Below, piece after piece: positions 1 through 9,718 of a stretch of 64,000 nt of DNA (position 1 is its first letter; each line of letters starts with the position of its first letter). The stretch comes from Candidatus Omnitrophota bacterium (GTDB lineage: Bacteria > Hinthialibacterota > Hinthialibacteria > Hinthialibacterales > Hinthialibacteraceae): NCBI GenBank assembly GCA_003598175.1, contig QZKN01000085.1, positions 71,879-135,878 of the forward strand, in the 5' to 3' direction. The notes beneath the pieces were generated by a model. The model saw only the letters and a program-made list of their open reading frames with translations, did not search any database and was not told where the DNA came from. Position numbers and translations under genes: made by a program.

Positions 1-1
1 T

Positions 2-913
2 ATTTCCTCGATCATTAAAGATCGGATTTTGTCGGACAGTAAACAACTGGCCACTTCCATTGTGGAAGAAATTAAAAATGTTCCGGGCGTCCAGCTTCGT
101 CCGCGCCCGATTTATCCGAATCGGTTGATCGTAACGAAACAGTTTCTCATGCCTTCCGTGCTCGTCGAGCTAGGGTATCTTTCCAATAAATATGATCATG
201 CGAATGTGAAAAAACCGGAAACACGGCAGAAAATGGCCGCATCGATTTATAAAGCGGTGGACAAATTTTTCTTTAATCCCGCGGATATTCCATTGGTTGC
301 TGTTTCTTCGAAACAACAACAAGTTACACCGGATCCTCTTCCTTCAATCGATAGATCGAGACCATTGTCAACCTCACTTCCGGCGGAACATACCGTGAGA
401 TCGGGAGAAACTCTTACGCGGATTGCCGATCGTTATGGCGTTACCGTCAATCAAATCCGCAACCTGAATCGTCGGCAGATCAAACGAGGGATTACGATTT
501 ACCCGGGGCAGAAATTGCAGCTTCCATCCACTATTCAAATCCAAGACAAGGATGATAGCAACACGGTTAGTCCGGTGGCGAAAAAAAATATTCCTTCCTC
601 AGGAAATACGATCAATTATACCGTTCAAAAAAATGATACGTTGGAAAAAATCGCCATCGATTTTGATATGTCGGTTGATGAGATCAAAAGTTTGAATGGG
701 AAAAAGAGTCATTTGATCTATCCGGGCGAGGAATTGAAAGTGACGCCTGGCAGGGAAGTCGTTTCGGCGCGTTCCATGCAGTATAAAGTGCAGCGAGGGG
801 ATACGCTGGGAAAAATTGCCGAGCGTTTTAACGTGTCGTTGAGCCGATTGAAACAGGCAAATGGATTGCACTCCAATCTTATCAATGTCGGCCAGATTCT
901 GAGAATTCCATGA
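2..913 (+). CDS. N-acetylmuramoyl-L-alanine amidase (Amidase_3) with three C-terminal LysM domains, 5'-truncated by window edge
   Basis: Frame is open from position 2. PSVLVELGYLSN amidase motif, followed by three LysM repeats (HTVRSGETL, YTVQKNDTL, YKVQRGDTL). Confidence 0.9.
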   Translation: MSSIIKDRILSDSKQLATSIVEEIKNVPGVQLRPRPIYPNRLIVTKQFLMPSVLVELGYLSNKYDHANVKKPETRQKMAASIYKAVDKFFFNPADIPLVAVSSKQQQVTPDPLPSIDRSRPLSTSLPAEHTVRSGETLTRIADRYGVTVNQIRNLNRRQIKRGITIYPGQKLQLPSTIQIQDKDDSNTVSPVAKKNIPSSGNTINYTVQKNDTLEKIAIDFDMSVDEIKSLNGKKSHLIYPGEELKVTPGREVVSARSMQYKVQRGDTLGKIAERFNVSLSRLKQANGLHSNLINVGQILRIP

Positions 914-1093
914 AAATGGGACATTCGTTCCTGTGGGATTTTCTATCCGTTCATTTCTTCAAACTCGCGAGTCGGATTTGATTGTGCTAATCTCCTATTC
1001 ATTAACCGATCGGTTTCCCGCGCAACCGTAAAAAAGTTGAGCTCATCATTACTGAACCCGCAAGGGGCAAATATCATGCAGCCTGCCGTTTGA

Positions 1094-2194
1094 ATGGCTG
1101 ACGCAATGAATCGAATGGGTACATTCAAACCACACCTTCATTATCTTATTTTTTATGTGACGTCGCGATGCAACTTGCGATGCCGCCATTGTTTTTATCT
1201 TGACGAGTTGAATAAACATCGGGAAATGTCGCTCGATGAGATCGAAAAAGTCGTGCGTAGCCTTCATCCCTTATCATTTGTGCGGCTGACGGGAGGCGAA
1301 CCGTTTCTGCGCAAGGATTTGCCGGAAGTGATGCATCTTTTTTACCGTTACGCATCGGTTCGGCGCATGGGATTGATTACAAACGGGACCCAACCGGACA
1401 AGACGGAAGGATATATCGATCGAGTCTTTGAATTATGTCCCACGCTTTCACTGGATGTGGGCGTCTCGATCGATGGACTTGAAACGGTTCACGACGAACT
1501 GCGCGGATTGCGGGGGGCCTATGCGCGAGCGAAGCAGACTGTCGAAATTCTTGTCGGCATGAAAGAACGATGTCCGAATTTGCTGACTTCGCTGGTGATT
1601 ACGGTAACGTCCAAAAATGAGTCACAGTTGGACGCATTGTATGAGGAATTATCCCGTTGGGGAGTTGACCGTTTGTCCGTGAACCACGTGCGCGGAAAGG
1701 TGCATGATTCCTCTCTTCTCGATGTGCCGTTTGCGCGTTACCGCGAATTTGCCGTGAAATGCGAACGGTATCATTTGGATCATGATCGCAGCTGGAAGGC
1801 GGGCATACAGCGAGCCAAAAACCGATTGGCGCGTAAGGTGATCGAGCAAGTTGCTGCGGGAGAGCATTCGGAGATTCCCTGCCTGGCCGGTTCCTCGATC
1901 GGTGTGCTCTATTCCGACGGCGTGGCGGCGGTTTGTGAATTGTTGGAAGGAGAATTGCCCTCTAGGGATGGCGTCCCCGCGAGCCGGCCGCTACTCGGTA
2001 ATATCCGTGAGGTGGATTTTAACTTTTATCGCTTGTGGCATTCCGAAAATGCGGACAATTGCCGCCGTTGGATTCGCGCGACTCGCTGTTCGTGCACGCA
2101 CGAATGTTTTCTGACCGCCAGCATCCTGTTTGGGAAAAGGAATTATCCCAAACTGGCGCGGGAATGGCTGCGAGTTTCCCTGGCCGGTTCTTGA
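1094..2194 (+). CDS. Radical SAM protein with C-terminal SPASM/twitch-like Cys cluster
   Basis: CNLRCRHC CxxxCxxC motif and LTGGEPFLR; C-terminal CLAG...VCE...CRR...CSCTHEC. Confidence 0.9.
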   Translation: MADAMNRMGTFKPHLHYLIFYVTSRCNLRCRHCFYLDELNKHREMSLDEIEKVVRSLHPLSFVRLTGGEPFLRKDLPEVMHLFYRYASVRRMGLITNGTQPDKTEGYIDRVFELCPTLSLDVGVSIDGLETVHDELRGLRGAYARAKQTVEILVGMKERCPNLLTSLVITVTSKNESQLDALYEELSRWGVDRLSVNHVRGKVHDSSLLDVPFARYREFAVKCERYHLDHDRSWKAGIQRAKNRLARKVIEQVAAGEHSEIPCLAGSSIGVLYSDGVAAVCELLEGELPSRDGVPASRPLLGNIREVDFNFYRLWHSENADNCRRWIRATRCSCTHECFLTASILFGKRNYPKLAREWLRVSLAGS

Positions 2195-2265
2195 CGAGCC
2201 ATTGTATTGTTGGCGCACTGCCTGCGTTATTCACCATCATAATTCCACTTTTTCAGATTTCACAC

Positions 2266-4572
2266 TCATGATTCCACTTCTTTTCCATCAGCGTCGTCTT
2301 CACCGAGAAGCAATTTGGCGTATCGCTGGTAAATGAAAGCGGCGACGATCAGCAGAATTCCGCACGCGCCGAACGACAAAATGCGATAAACCGGCTGCAC
2401 CAGACTCATATCAATTTGCAATATTTTCACAATGGTGACGCCGAATAGGATAAAACCGATTATGCGACGCATTTGTACGCGGGTCTTTAGCCCGAAAACG
2501 ATCAAGCCCAGCGCATACAGGCTCCAGCAGGTGGAGAGAATGCCGTGTTTGTGTTGGGATGAGATGGTTTCGAACGAGTGTGTCCAGCTGTAAATCTCAT
2601 ATGAGAGGGAGACAATAAACAAACCGTGCGCAACCGTTTCCAAAACCGAACAAATGGGGATTTGCAAATCGGCATGGCTGCGTGGAAACGGCATTTTATG
2701 ATATTGATAAGCGCCATAGCCCAACGACGCGGTAAAAAGCAATCGGGACAGGAAGGGATAATCGATAAACGGAAACATATGGTCAGGCCATTGTCTTCCG
2801 AAAGAGGCAAAAATGAGAATCAGACCGATGCACCAGGCAACGCACGCCAGAGGAATGCAGATGGACGCGCCGGTTCGGCGTGAGATTTCCACGAAGGTGA
2901 GTCCGATGAGCGCCCAAAGGACGATGAGAGAGGCGTCGTTATATAAACTTGCCGTTTGCACGCCGATTGTATCCATACGGACATTCCAGAAGGAAGACAC
3001 TTCGTTATGCAGCAGGGTGCAGAGCAGGAAAATTCCGATTAAAAGGGAAGTGACAGAGAGCCGCTTCCACGGCTCCGTGTTGAATGCGTCGCAGTTCTGT
3101 TGTAATTTGGAAATGATAAAACATGCAACGGCGACAATTGCCCAGGAACCGAACGGACGATTGAAAAAGGGGACAAATTCCACGGTATGCAGTGGCAGAT
3201 TCGCCAGCAGGGCGGTTGCCGCGAGGAATATAGCGCCGAATGCGAACAATTGCATGATTTTGCGCTCAAATTGCATTCCCACGTAGGCAAATAACACGGC
3301 TTCCAACGCCCAGGCGATAGGTAAGCCGTAAAATTGCAGATGAATGGGAATGGCGGCGGTGACCAATGCGAGAGCGCAAACGAGCAGAGACGCCGATGTC
3401 CGTCGATCGGATTCGCAACGTCGATTCCATACGGCGTAAACCACCAACAGAGTAACCGCCTGGGCTACCACGACGAATCCCAACATGGTTCGATGCTGTT
3501 CAAACAGCAGGTGATAATAATTGACAAAAGCGGCAAAAATGGTAAGGACAATCAGTTTCAGACTTTCGCCGCTTGACGGTGCGCGTTCGACCAATGATCG
3601 CAGAAGTGGAAGAATAAGGAACATGAAATAAAACAGCGTTGAGAAGGTGAATGCGATCATGAACTGTGATTCGTCGTAATGTTGGGACATCAGCCACGAA
3701 GCATACAGGACAACCGTACCGAAAAAGGCCGTCGTATTGATTTCCCGCCATTGCTTGAAGAATGCGCATCCCATTGCCGTGAAATTAAGAATCAATAGAT
3801 AACTAAACAATGCGATGGGGCGATTTTCACCGCTGGATAAGAGAATGGGGCTGAGAAAACCGCCGATCTGGCCAAACAGGCAGAGAAGACGGGCGTTATG
3901 GATGACGCCCATCGCAACGGAGAGCATTGTGACCAGAATCGACAGGAAAAATGCCACGGAAGGTGGAGTTAATTGATACACTTGAAAGGAAAAATAAGTA
4001 CAGACATAGAAAATGGCAATTCCGCCGCCGGACAATGCGTGAAACAGGATGTTGTATTCCTTTTTTCGGGCCATTTCACCGATGATCAACGCTACGACGC
4101 CGGTCAATGCGCCGATGCACAGCCTTCCCAGCGGTCCGATCCAATTGTTGTCATAGGCGTATTTCAAAAAGAAGGCCATGGCAAAGATGAGCAGAACGAT
4201 TCCGATCCAATTCAGCCATTTCGAGCCGAGAATCATTTCCAGCGAGGCCGATTCCGATCGTGGCGTTGAAGAGAGAGGCAGGGGACGCATGGGGGAAGGC
4301 GGCGGTTGTGGTTTTTCTTCCCGCAGAGGCGGCGTGGATTCTATGGTCGGTTGAATTTTCTCTGTCGCTGTTTTCGGCGGCGACGTGGTTTCTGTTTTTG
4401 GGAATGCGGGTATAGCGGTAGTAAATGGTTTCTCTGTTCGTACCGTTTGCAGCAATGTTTCCACGTCAAACATCCGTTGATTAAGTTTTCTGAGCAGAAA
4501 CAACGCGATGATTCCGCTTATGGAACCGCCGAAAATGAGTAGAATCAATGCGATAGGCAATAAAATTTGCAT
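2266..4572 (-). CDS. DUF2339-type multi-pass membrane protein
   Basis: N-terminal TM, Pro/Thr-rich linker, then LEMILGSKWLNWIG...FFLKYAYDNNWIGPLGR and many TM helices. Confidence 0.85.
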   Translation of the reverse strand: MQILLPIALILLIFGGSISGIIALFLLRKLNQRMFDVETLLQTVRTEKPFTTAIPAFPKTETTSPPKTATEKIQPTIESTPPLREEKPQPPPSPMRPLPLSSTPRSESASLEMILGSKWLNWIGIVLLIFAMAFFLKYAYDNNWIGPLGRLCIGALTGVVALIIGEMARKKEYNILFHALSGGGIAIFYVCTYFSFQVYQLTPPSVAFFLSILVTMLSVAMGVIHNARLLCLFGQIGGFLSPILLSSGENRPIALFSYLLILNFTAMGCAFFKQWREINTTAFFGTVVLYASWLMSQHYDESQFMIAFTFSTLFYFMFLILPLLRSLVERAPSSGESLKLIVLTIFAAFVNYYHLLFEQHRTMLGFVVVAQAVTLLVVYAVWNRRCESDRRTSASLLVCALALVTAAIPIHLQFYGLPIAWALEAVLFAYVGMQFERKIMQLFAFGAIFLAATALLANLPLHTVEFVPFFNRPFGSWAIVAVACFIISKLQQNCDAFNTEPWKRLSVTSLLIGIFLLCTLLHNEVSSFWNVRMDTIGVQTASLYNDASLIVLWALIGLTFVEISRRTGASICIPLACVAWCIGLILIFASFGRQWPDHMFPFIDYPFLSRLLFTASLGYGAYQYHKMPFPRSHADLQIPICSVLETVAHGLFIVSLSYEIYSWTHSFETISSQHKHGILSTCWSLYALGLIVFGLKTRVQMRRIIGFILFGVTIVKILQIDMSLVQPVYRILSFGACGILLIVAAFIYQRYAKLLLGEDDADGKEVES

Positions 4573-4701
4573 CGTTTATTCTCCTTTTCCGAGTCCGTTA
4601 TGGACTTGATTATATGTTTTTTTTGTTCTTGGTCATTGACATTCACTCAATCGATGTTTATTCGCCTCTAATTTATGCGCATGTGAAATGTTTATATATA
4701 A

Positions 4702-4730
4702 ACTATATCATCAAACTTTTTCTTTGCCAA
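4702..4730 (-). promoter_or_regulatory. Putative sigma70 promoter of the DUF2339 gene
   Basis: Minus strand reads TTGGCA-17 nt-TATAGT in AT-rich intergenic DNA. Confidence 0.45.
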
Positions 4731-4745
4731 CCGTTTTCGTGAGAT

Positions 4746-5684
4746 TTATGAATTTTTTTCTACTTGTTCAAACAAAGCAGTAAAAAGTAAGGGAAGCATG
4801 ATTTCGTGATGGCCCGTGAAGGAATAACCGGTTCCGCCGTCGAGCGTTGGCCGCCGGACGACGTTCACGTTTGGCCGGTAATGTTGGATCATGTCGAAAT
4901 TGGCGGTGGTGAAGTTCCCGATTTTTCCGCAAATATTGCGCGCGACGGTGAGCGCCTTGAGAAATACTTCTGGCAGCAACACATTGGAACCTACATTCAA
5001 CACCACGCCGCCGTCGCCGATTTGTGATACCGTATCGCAGAAGGTGTGAAAATCGGCCAGGCTGGTTTTTCCCAGCGCCTCGCCGGAAGCTTCCGGATGG
5101 TGGTGGATGACGTCGGTGCCGATGCCGAGATGCACGGTGAGAGGGATTTTGCATTCGTGGGCAGCGGCCAGGATGCTCAATCGTTTGTGCGAGAATGTGG
5201 AACCGCTGATTTGTTCGCCGACATAATTTCCCAGGCCGCGATCCTGTTGCGCCGCCTCCTTGATCCAATGGTTCAGTGTGGCGCCGGTTTCTTTCGTCAT
5301 GCCGAAACTACCGTCCTGCAGCGCTTCGGCTACATCCTCGGACGTGGTTCCCGCCAGCGCGAGTTCGAAATCGTGGACAATGCAGGCGCCGTTCATGGCC
5401 ACGGCAGTGATCAATCCCCGACGGATTGCCTGGATGATCCACGGACTCAGCCCGACTTTGATCGAATGGGCGCCCATCATCCATATAAAGGGTTTTTCCA
5501 GTTTTCGGGCGTCGTGGATCGCAGTAACCAACGATCGCAGATCGCGAGCTTTCAAATAATCGGGCAGGGATTGAAAAAAATCATGGAACGAAGAAGGAGA
5601 AGCGGGAGGCTCGGAAATCGATTGCGCTTCGACCAGGCTTTTGCGTTCGTAAATCGAGGTGCGTTTTAATTTGGAAAAATCCAT
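4746..5684 (-). CDS. Conserved hypothetical protein, deoxyhypusine synthase-like (DHS-like) fold
   Basis: MMGAHSIKVGLS, AMNGACIVHDFELALAGTTSEDV, GSNVLLPEVFLKAL and GHHEIMLPLL are motifs I recognise from a DHS-like conserved family. Confidence 0.7.
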   Translation of the reverse strand: MDFSKLKRTSIYERKSLVEAQSISEPPASPSSFHDFFQSLPDYLKARDLRSLVTAIHDARKLEKPFIWMMGAHSIKVGLSPWIIQAIRRGLITAVAMNGACIVHDFELALAGTTSEDVAEALQDGSFGMTKETGATLNHWIKEAAQQDRGLGNYVGEQISGSTFSHKRLSILAAAHECKIPLTVHLGIGTDVIHHHPEASGEALGKTSLADFHTFCDTVSQIGDGGVVLNVGSNVLLPEVFLKALTVARNICGKIGNFTTANFDMIQHYRPNVNVVRRPTLDGGTGYSFTGHHEIMLPLLFTALFEQVEKNS

Positions 5685-5962
5685 TTTATTGCTCCGGTGA
5701 TTTGTGGCGGTGGATATGCGCCAGATATGGACTTGTCATTTCCCGGCCGGATTCCCGTCGAGATGAGAAGTTCGATGCTCATTCATTATAGGAAGGGGTG
5801 AATGGGAATGAAGCCTGAATGATTCGAAATCTGATCGATCGGCCATGCAATGAATGCATTCGATCTAATCGTTTGGAATCTTCAAGTTTCGTCTCCGGTG
5901 GTAATGGAATCATGATGTTCCATCCGCCTGCACATAATTTTTCAAAATTTTCATTTCCGCTC

Positions 5963-5991
5963 TTGACAGGGGAGGATTTCATCTATATTCT
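5963..5991 (+). promoter_or_regulatory. sigma70 promoter of the glycan locus
   Basis: TTGACA (5963-5968), 17 nt spacer, TATTCT (5986-5991). Confidence 0.7.
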
Positions 5992-5993
5992 AA

Positions 5994-6008
5994 ATTCATT
6001 CATTGAAT
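5994..6008. promoter_or_regulatory. Palindromic operator ATTCA-N5-TGAAT over the predicted transcription start
   Basis: Perfect 5-bp inverted arms just downstream of the -10 box and upstream of a wHTH regulator gene. Confidence 0.5.
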
Positions 6009-6104
6009 TTTGAATTAATGAATGCCGCGAATGGAATGGGCGGTGATTGCCCTGTCCCAATGCGAAAATGCCCTATCGGCGGATGATTGCGGTACCGCTG
6101 ACGG

Positions 6105-6116
6105 GGGCGAAGCCTG
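6105..6116 (+). promoter_or_regulatory. ops/JUMPstart-like pause element GGGCGAAGCCTG
   Basis: 8/12 match to E. coli ops GGCGGTAGCGTG with GG...TG pause positions kept. It lies in the 5' leader of a 39-kb polysaccharide operon. Confidence 0.45.
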
Positions 6117-6144
6117 CCTGGATTTCTGAATTCTCAATTCCCCC

Positions 6145-6774
6145 ATGAATGAAAACCTCAACAATCAAGAAAACGGCGTCATGGACCGTGACGATCAAAT
6201 GATCTTATCTCTGCTCACGGCGATTACTGACGAGCCGGAAACGACGCAGAAAGATTTGTCCACCCGGCTGGGTGTGGCGGTTGGCCTGGTGAATTCCTAC
6301 CTCAAGCGAATCATTTACAAAGGGTATGTCAAAACCAAACAATTGGAGCGCCGTCGCCTGCGGTATTTGCTGACGCCGAAAGGGATTAAGGAAAAGAGTC
6401 GTCTGACGTTTGAATTTTTACATTATTCCTATCAATATATCCGTGAAATTCGCCGCAATGTCAAACATGCCGTGTCGCCTTTCCTGCGGGATGGAAGGAA
6501 GAAGGTGATTTTTTACGGCAGCGGCGAAGTGGCGGAATTGGCTTATCTCGCCGTGCGGGAATTGGGGTTGGAACTGGTTTCCGTCATCGATCCGCAACAT
6601 GTCGGGAAGCGTTGTGTGGATCATACCATTTGTGATTTATCGTCGCTGACAGAATCCGGGATGGCCGATGTTCTACTGGTTTTGGAGTCGCCGGCGCAAA
6701 AAAACAGCAGTGAAGTGGAACTCAAAAGAATAGCGGACGATTTGAAAATGCAGTATGTTTCCTGTTTTAAATAA
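6145..6774 (+). CDS. MarR-like winged-HTH regulator, EPS-locus-associated type
   Basis: TQKDLSTRLGVAVGLVNSYLKR...RYLLTPKGIKEKSRLT, plus a C-terminal Rossmann-like YGSGEVAELA domain. Confidence 0.85.
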   Translation: MNENLNNQENGVMDRDDQMILSLLTAITDEPETTQKDLSTRLGVAVGLVNSYLKRIIYKGYVKTKQLERRRLRYLLTPKGIKEKSRLTFEFLHYSYQYIREIRRNVKHAVSPFLRDGRKKVIFYGSGEVAELAYLAVRELGLELVSVIDPQHVGKRCVDHTICDLSSLTESGMADVLLVLESPAQKNSSEVELKRIADDLKMQYVSCFK

Positions 6775-8152
6775 GAATTGCAGGAACGGGGTGGAGGAGA
6801 AATTGGACGCAAACGGACAGAATTCTCTTCAGGAATTCGATTTGAAAAGGAAAGTGTGTTTCATTTTTGTCGCCGGATTTGTTCTTCGCGTATTCCTGTT
6901 TTGGATTGCGTATGATGTCTTGCCAACCCATAGCATTCGGAGTGATGCGCTCGGCTATCATCACCATGCGCTTGCATTTCTTGAAACAGGATCGTTTGAA
7001 AAGAACGGTTTGCCGATGATTTTTCGAACGCCTGTCTTTCCTTTGTTTCTTGCGGCAATTTACAAAATCTCCGGGCCGAGCGTACAGGCGGCTGTGTTTG
7101 CCCAGATCTTGCTTTCCATGGGATCCGCCGTACTAATGTATCTCATCGGAAAACGATATATCGAAACCCGCTTTCATCCTCTGCTGGCTGTATTATTGGT
7201 TTTTGAACCAGCCAGTCTGGGGATGGTTTTTAATTTATACTCCGAGACCTTATTTGTGTTTTGTCTTGTGGCGACGACCTACTTTTTTGTACGTTGGATC
7301 GATTCGCAATCCGTATTCGGATGGATTTTTTTATCCGGGCTTTTTATGGGAATCACGATACTCTGCCGTCCGATTGCCCAATTCCTGACGTTTCTTTTCA
7401 TTTTATGGTTGGTTATGCAAAAAGGGATTCGGTGGATGGTAATCAAACCAATTGCGGTTTTCATTGTCGGATGTGTATTGGTCGTGGCGCCTTGGGTGAT
7501 CCGCACCTATATAGTTGCGGGAATTCCCACCATTTCAATCGCCGGGAAATATAATTTATATTACAACGTAGCTGCCGGAACCTTGATTAAGGCAGAAGGA
7601 CTCGGACATGATGAAGCGCGCACTCGTCTCGTTGAACTATACGAAAAAAGGATTAAAGAAGAGAATATTCAAAGCCAGGCTGAGCAAGTTCAGTTGTACA
7701 GTCGATTGGCCAAGGAGATTATTTTTATGCACCCTCTGGCGTTTATGCGATCCACGGTCAGTGGGTTTTGCATCACCGCTTTTGGTGGAGCGCGGGTCCA
7801 TTATGATTTCATCGCGCCGCGCATCGCCGGACAAGGCACCAATTTCTTTTCGGCGATGATTTACCCAAGTCGGAATTTACAATTGCAGTTTCCTCCGCTC
7901 ATCATGGTTTTTGTGATTTTGGATTTGTTATTTATCTTTCTGCTTTATACGGGGATGTTTTATGGCGTGTATCGCGCCTGGGATGCGAAACAATACGATA
8001 TCCTGATTTTTCTTGCGATCGCCCTCTATTTCATCGTGCTTGCCTCCGCGCCGATGGGGTATTCGCGGTATCGAGTGCCTTCCATGCCGTATATTGTGAT
8101 GACCGCTTGTTATGGTTGGTGTTGCCTACGAATCCCAAGACGGATTTCATAA
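6755..8152 (+). CDS. GT-C membrane glycosyltransferase (ArnT/PMT_2-like)
   Basis: Multi-TM protein with SDALGY, FRTPVFPLFLAAIY, YSETLF, LCRP, PWVIR and RYRVP motifs. Confidence 0.75.
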   Translation: MFPVLNKNCRNGVEEKLDANGQNSLQEFDLKRKVCFIFVAGFVLRVFLFWIAYDVLPTHSIRSDALGYHHHALAFLETGSFEKNGLPMIFRTPVFPLFLAAIYKISGPSVQAAVFAQILLSMGSAVLMYLIGKRYIETRFHPLLAVLLVFEPASLGMVFNLYSETLFVFCLVATTYFFVRWIDSQSVFGWIFLSGLFMGITILCRPIAQFLTFLFILWLVMQKGIRWMVIKPIAVFIVGCVLVVAPWVIRTYIVAGIPTISIAGKYNLYYNVAAGTLIKAEGLGHDEARTRLVELYEKRIKEENIQSQAEQVQLYSRLAKEIIFMHPLAFMRSTVSGFCITAFGGARVHYDFIAPRIAGQGTNFFSAMIYPSRNLQLQFPPLIMVFVILDLLFIFLLYTGMFYGVYRAWDAKQYDILIFLAIALYFIVLASAPMGYSRYRVPSMPYIVMTACYGWCCLRIPRRIS

Positions 8153-8230
8153 TTTGCTTCGTTTGCATTCTCCTGACGAAAAAGCAAATCATTTCCCTCT
8201 GATCGAAAACCAGTACCGCCTGGATCGGTT

Positions 8231-9682
8231 TTGGAGTTGTTCCTAATGCAACGCATGATTCACTGGATTGCCTTTCGGTTCATCAAATTGATTTTGTTAT
8301 TACGTCAACATGATTTTTTAACTTGGTTGATTCTCCGCGCCTCCACGTTTCGCCGAGCGCAGGAATCATCGAATCCCATTTCAACGATTACTTTATTGGC
8401 GCTCAGTCATACCCGTTTTGTGAAAGATTTGGATGCGCTTTCTCAATCCGGAGAAGTCGATATCGTATTATTTCCTTATTATTTTCAATGTGCGCTACGA
8501 TCCGTCTTTATCCCATCGTCGGTCCATCAGCCGATTACATTCCAAACGTTTTTCGATCCAACACCCGATAGTTCCATTTTCAGGGAACGCAGGATCTATC
8601 GGGAGTTTTTGACTATTTTTTTGCCCAAACTCTTTTCCCGCTTGAAGGTGGATGCCGTCATTACCGCATCGGTCTGGTATCCGCAGGATCATGACATCGC
8701 CGTCGTGGCCGATCAATTGGGATATCCCTATTTCGCCTTTCACAAAGAGAATCTGATCTCCTCCAAAGGTCATCAAAACGTGGTCTGCAATCATTTTCGC
8801 CAAATGGGCCATTTTGAAGGGACGATGGTAATCGTTCATAATGTGAATATGAAAAAAATGTTGATCCAATCCGGTTACGTGACGGAAAATCAGGTCATGG
8901 CATTAGGATGCCTGCGAATGGACTCCTTTATTCAAAAAGTATTGTCTGCACAAAATAGGTCGGAAGACCAACGGGTTCCATGTAAAGAAAAGCAAATTGT
9001 TTTCTTTTCTTTTCATCGTGCAACGGGATTATGGGGATTGGCAGCACGATTTCCGAAAGACAAAACAACAGGATTGAGTCACTTTTTTAATCGTGTTCAT
9101 GTCACGATTGCCCGATTCGCGGCAAAACATCCCGACGTTAGCGTGGTCATCAAAACCAAATGGGGGGGCCAATGGTTTGTGGCGATTCGAGAATCATTGC
9201 AAGAGGACGGACTCGAACTCGATCAAATCCCGAATTTGATTCTGACCGATGCAACCCCTGCACAAGCATTAATTCAGAATTCCCAAGTCGTGGTCAGTTA
9301 TGGTTCGACGACGCTTCTGGAAGCCGCGGTTGCCGGGAAACCGGTGATTATGCCGTTTTTTGGCGAAGCAACCAAACCGGAGTATCAGGATTACGTGCAG
9401 TTTGCCGATGAAATGGATTTATTCGATGTGGCAAATAATGAAGAGGAGTTGGAGTTTTTGCTTGAGGAACGTTTGCAAACCTATACCGTGGATCCCGAAT
9501 TACAGAAACGCAGGCTTGCCGCCTTCGAATATCACGTTTCTCCCGTTTCGGACAGTGCGGTGCAAAGATATATTCAAGTGATTCGTTCACGGATTCTCGA
9601 AAAGAATTCCCAGCGATGGGAACGGGAGAATGCCATACCCCCAAAAGACGCAATGAAATCGGATCGGTGTATATTCAATTGA
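8231..9682 (+). CDS. Hypothetical protein with GT-B-like C-terminus, candidate nonulosonate transferase
   Basis: C-terminal VVIKTK...LIQNSQVVVSYGSTTLLEAAVAGKPV resembles CDP-glycerol/CMP-sugar transferase tails; lies directly upstream of neuB. Confidence 0.5.
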   Translation: MELFLMQRMIHWIAFRFIKLILLLRQHDFLTWLILRASTFRRAQESSNPISTITLLALSHTRFVKDLDALSQSGEVDIVLFPYYFQCALRSVFIPSSVHQPITFQTFFDPTPDSSIFRERRIYREFLTIFLPKLFSRLKVDAVITASVWYPQDHDIAVVADQLGYPYFAFHKENLISSKGHQNVVCNHFRQMGHFEGTMVIVHNVNMKKMLIQSGYVTENQVMALGCLRMDSFIQKVLSAQNRSEDQRVPCKEKQIVFFSFHRATGLWGLAARFPKDKTTGLSHFFNRVHVTIARFAAKHPDVSVVIKTKWGGQWFVAIRESLQEDGLELDQIPNLILTDATPAQALIQNSQVVVSYGSTTLLEAAVAGKPVIMPFFGEATKPEYQDYVQFADEMDLFDVANNEEELEFLLEERLQTYTVDPELQKRRLAAFEYHVSPVSDSAVQRYIQVIRSRILEKNSQRWERENAIPPKDAMKSDRCIFN

Positions 9683-9718
9683 TGGAGATATTCATGATTA
9701 ATAGGAAGGAGTCTGACG

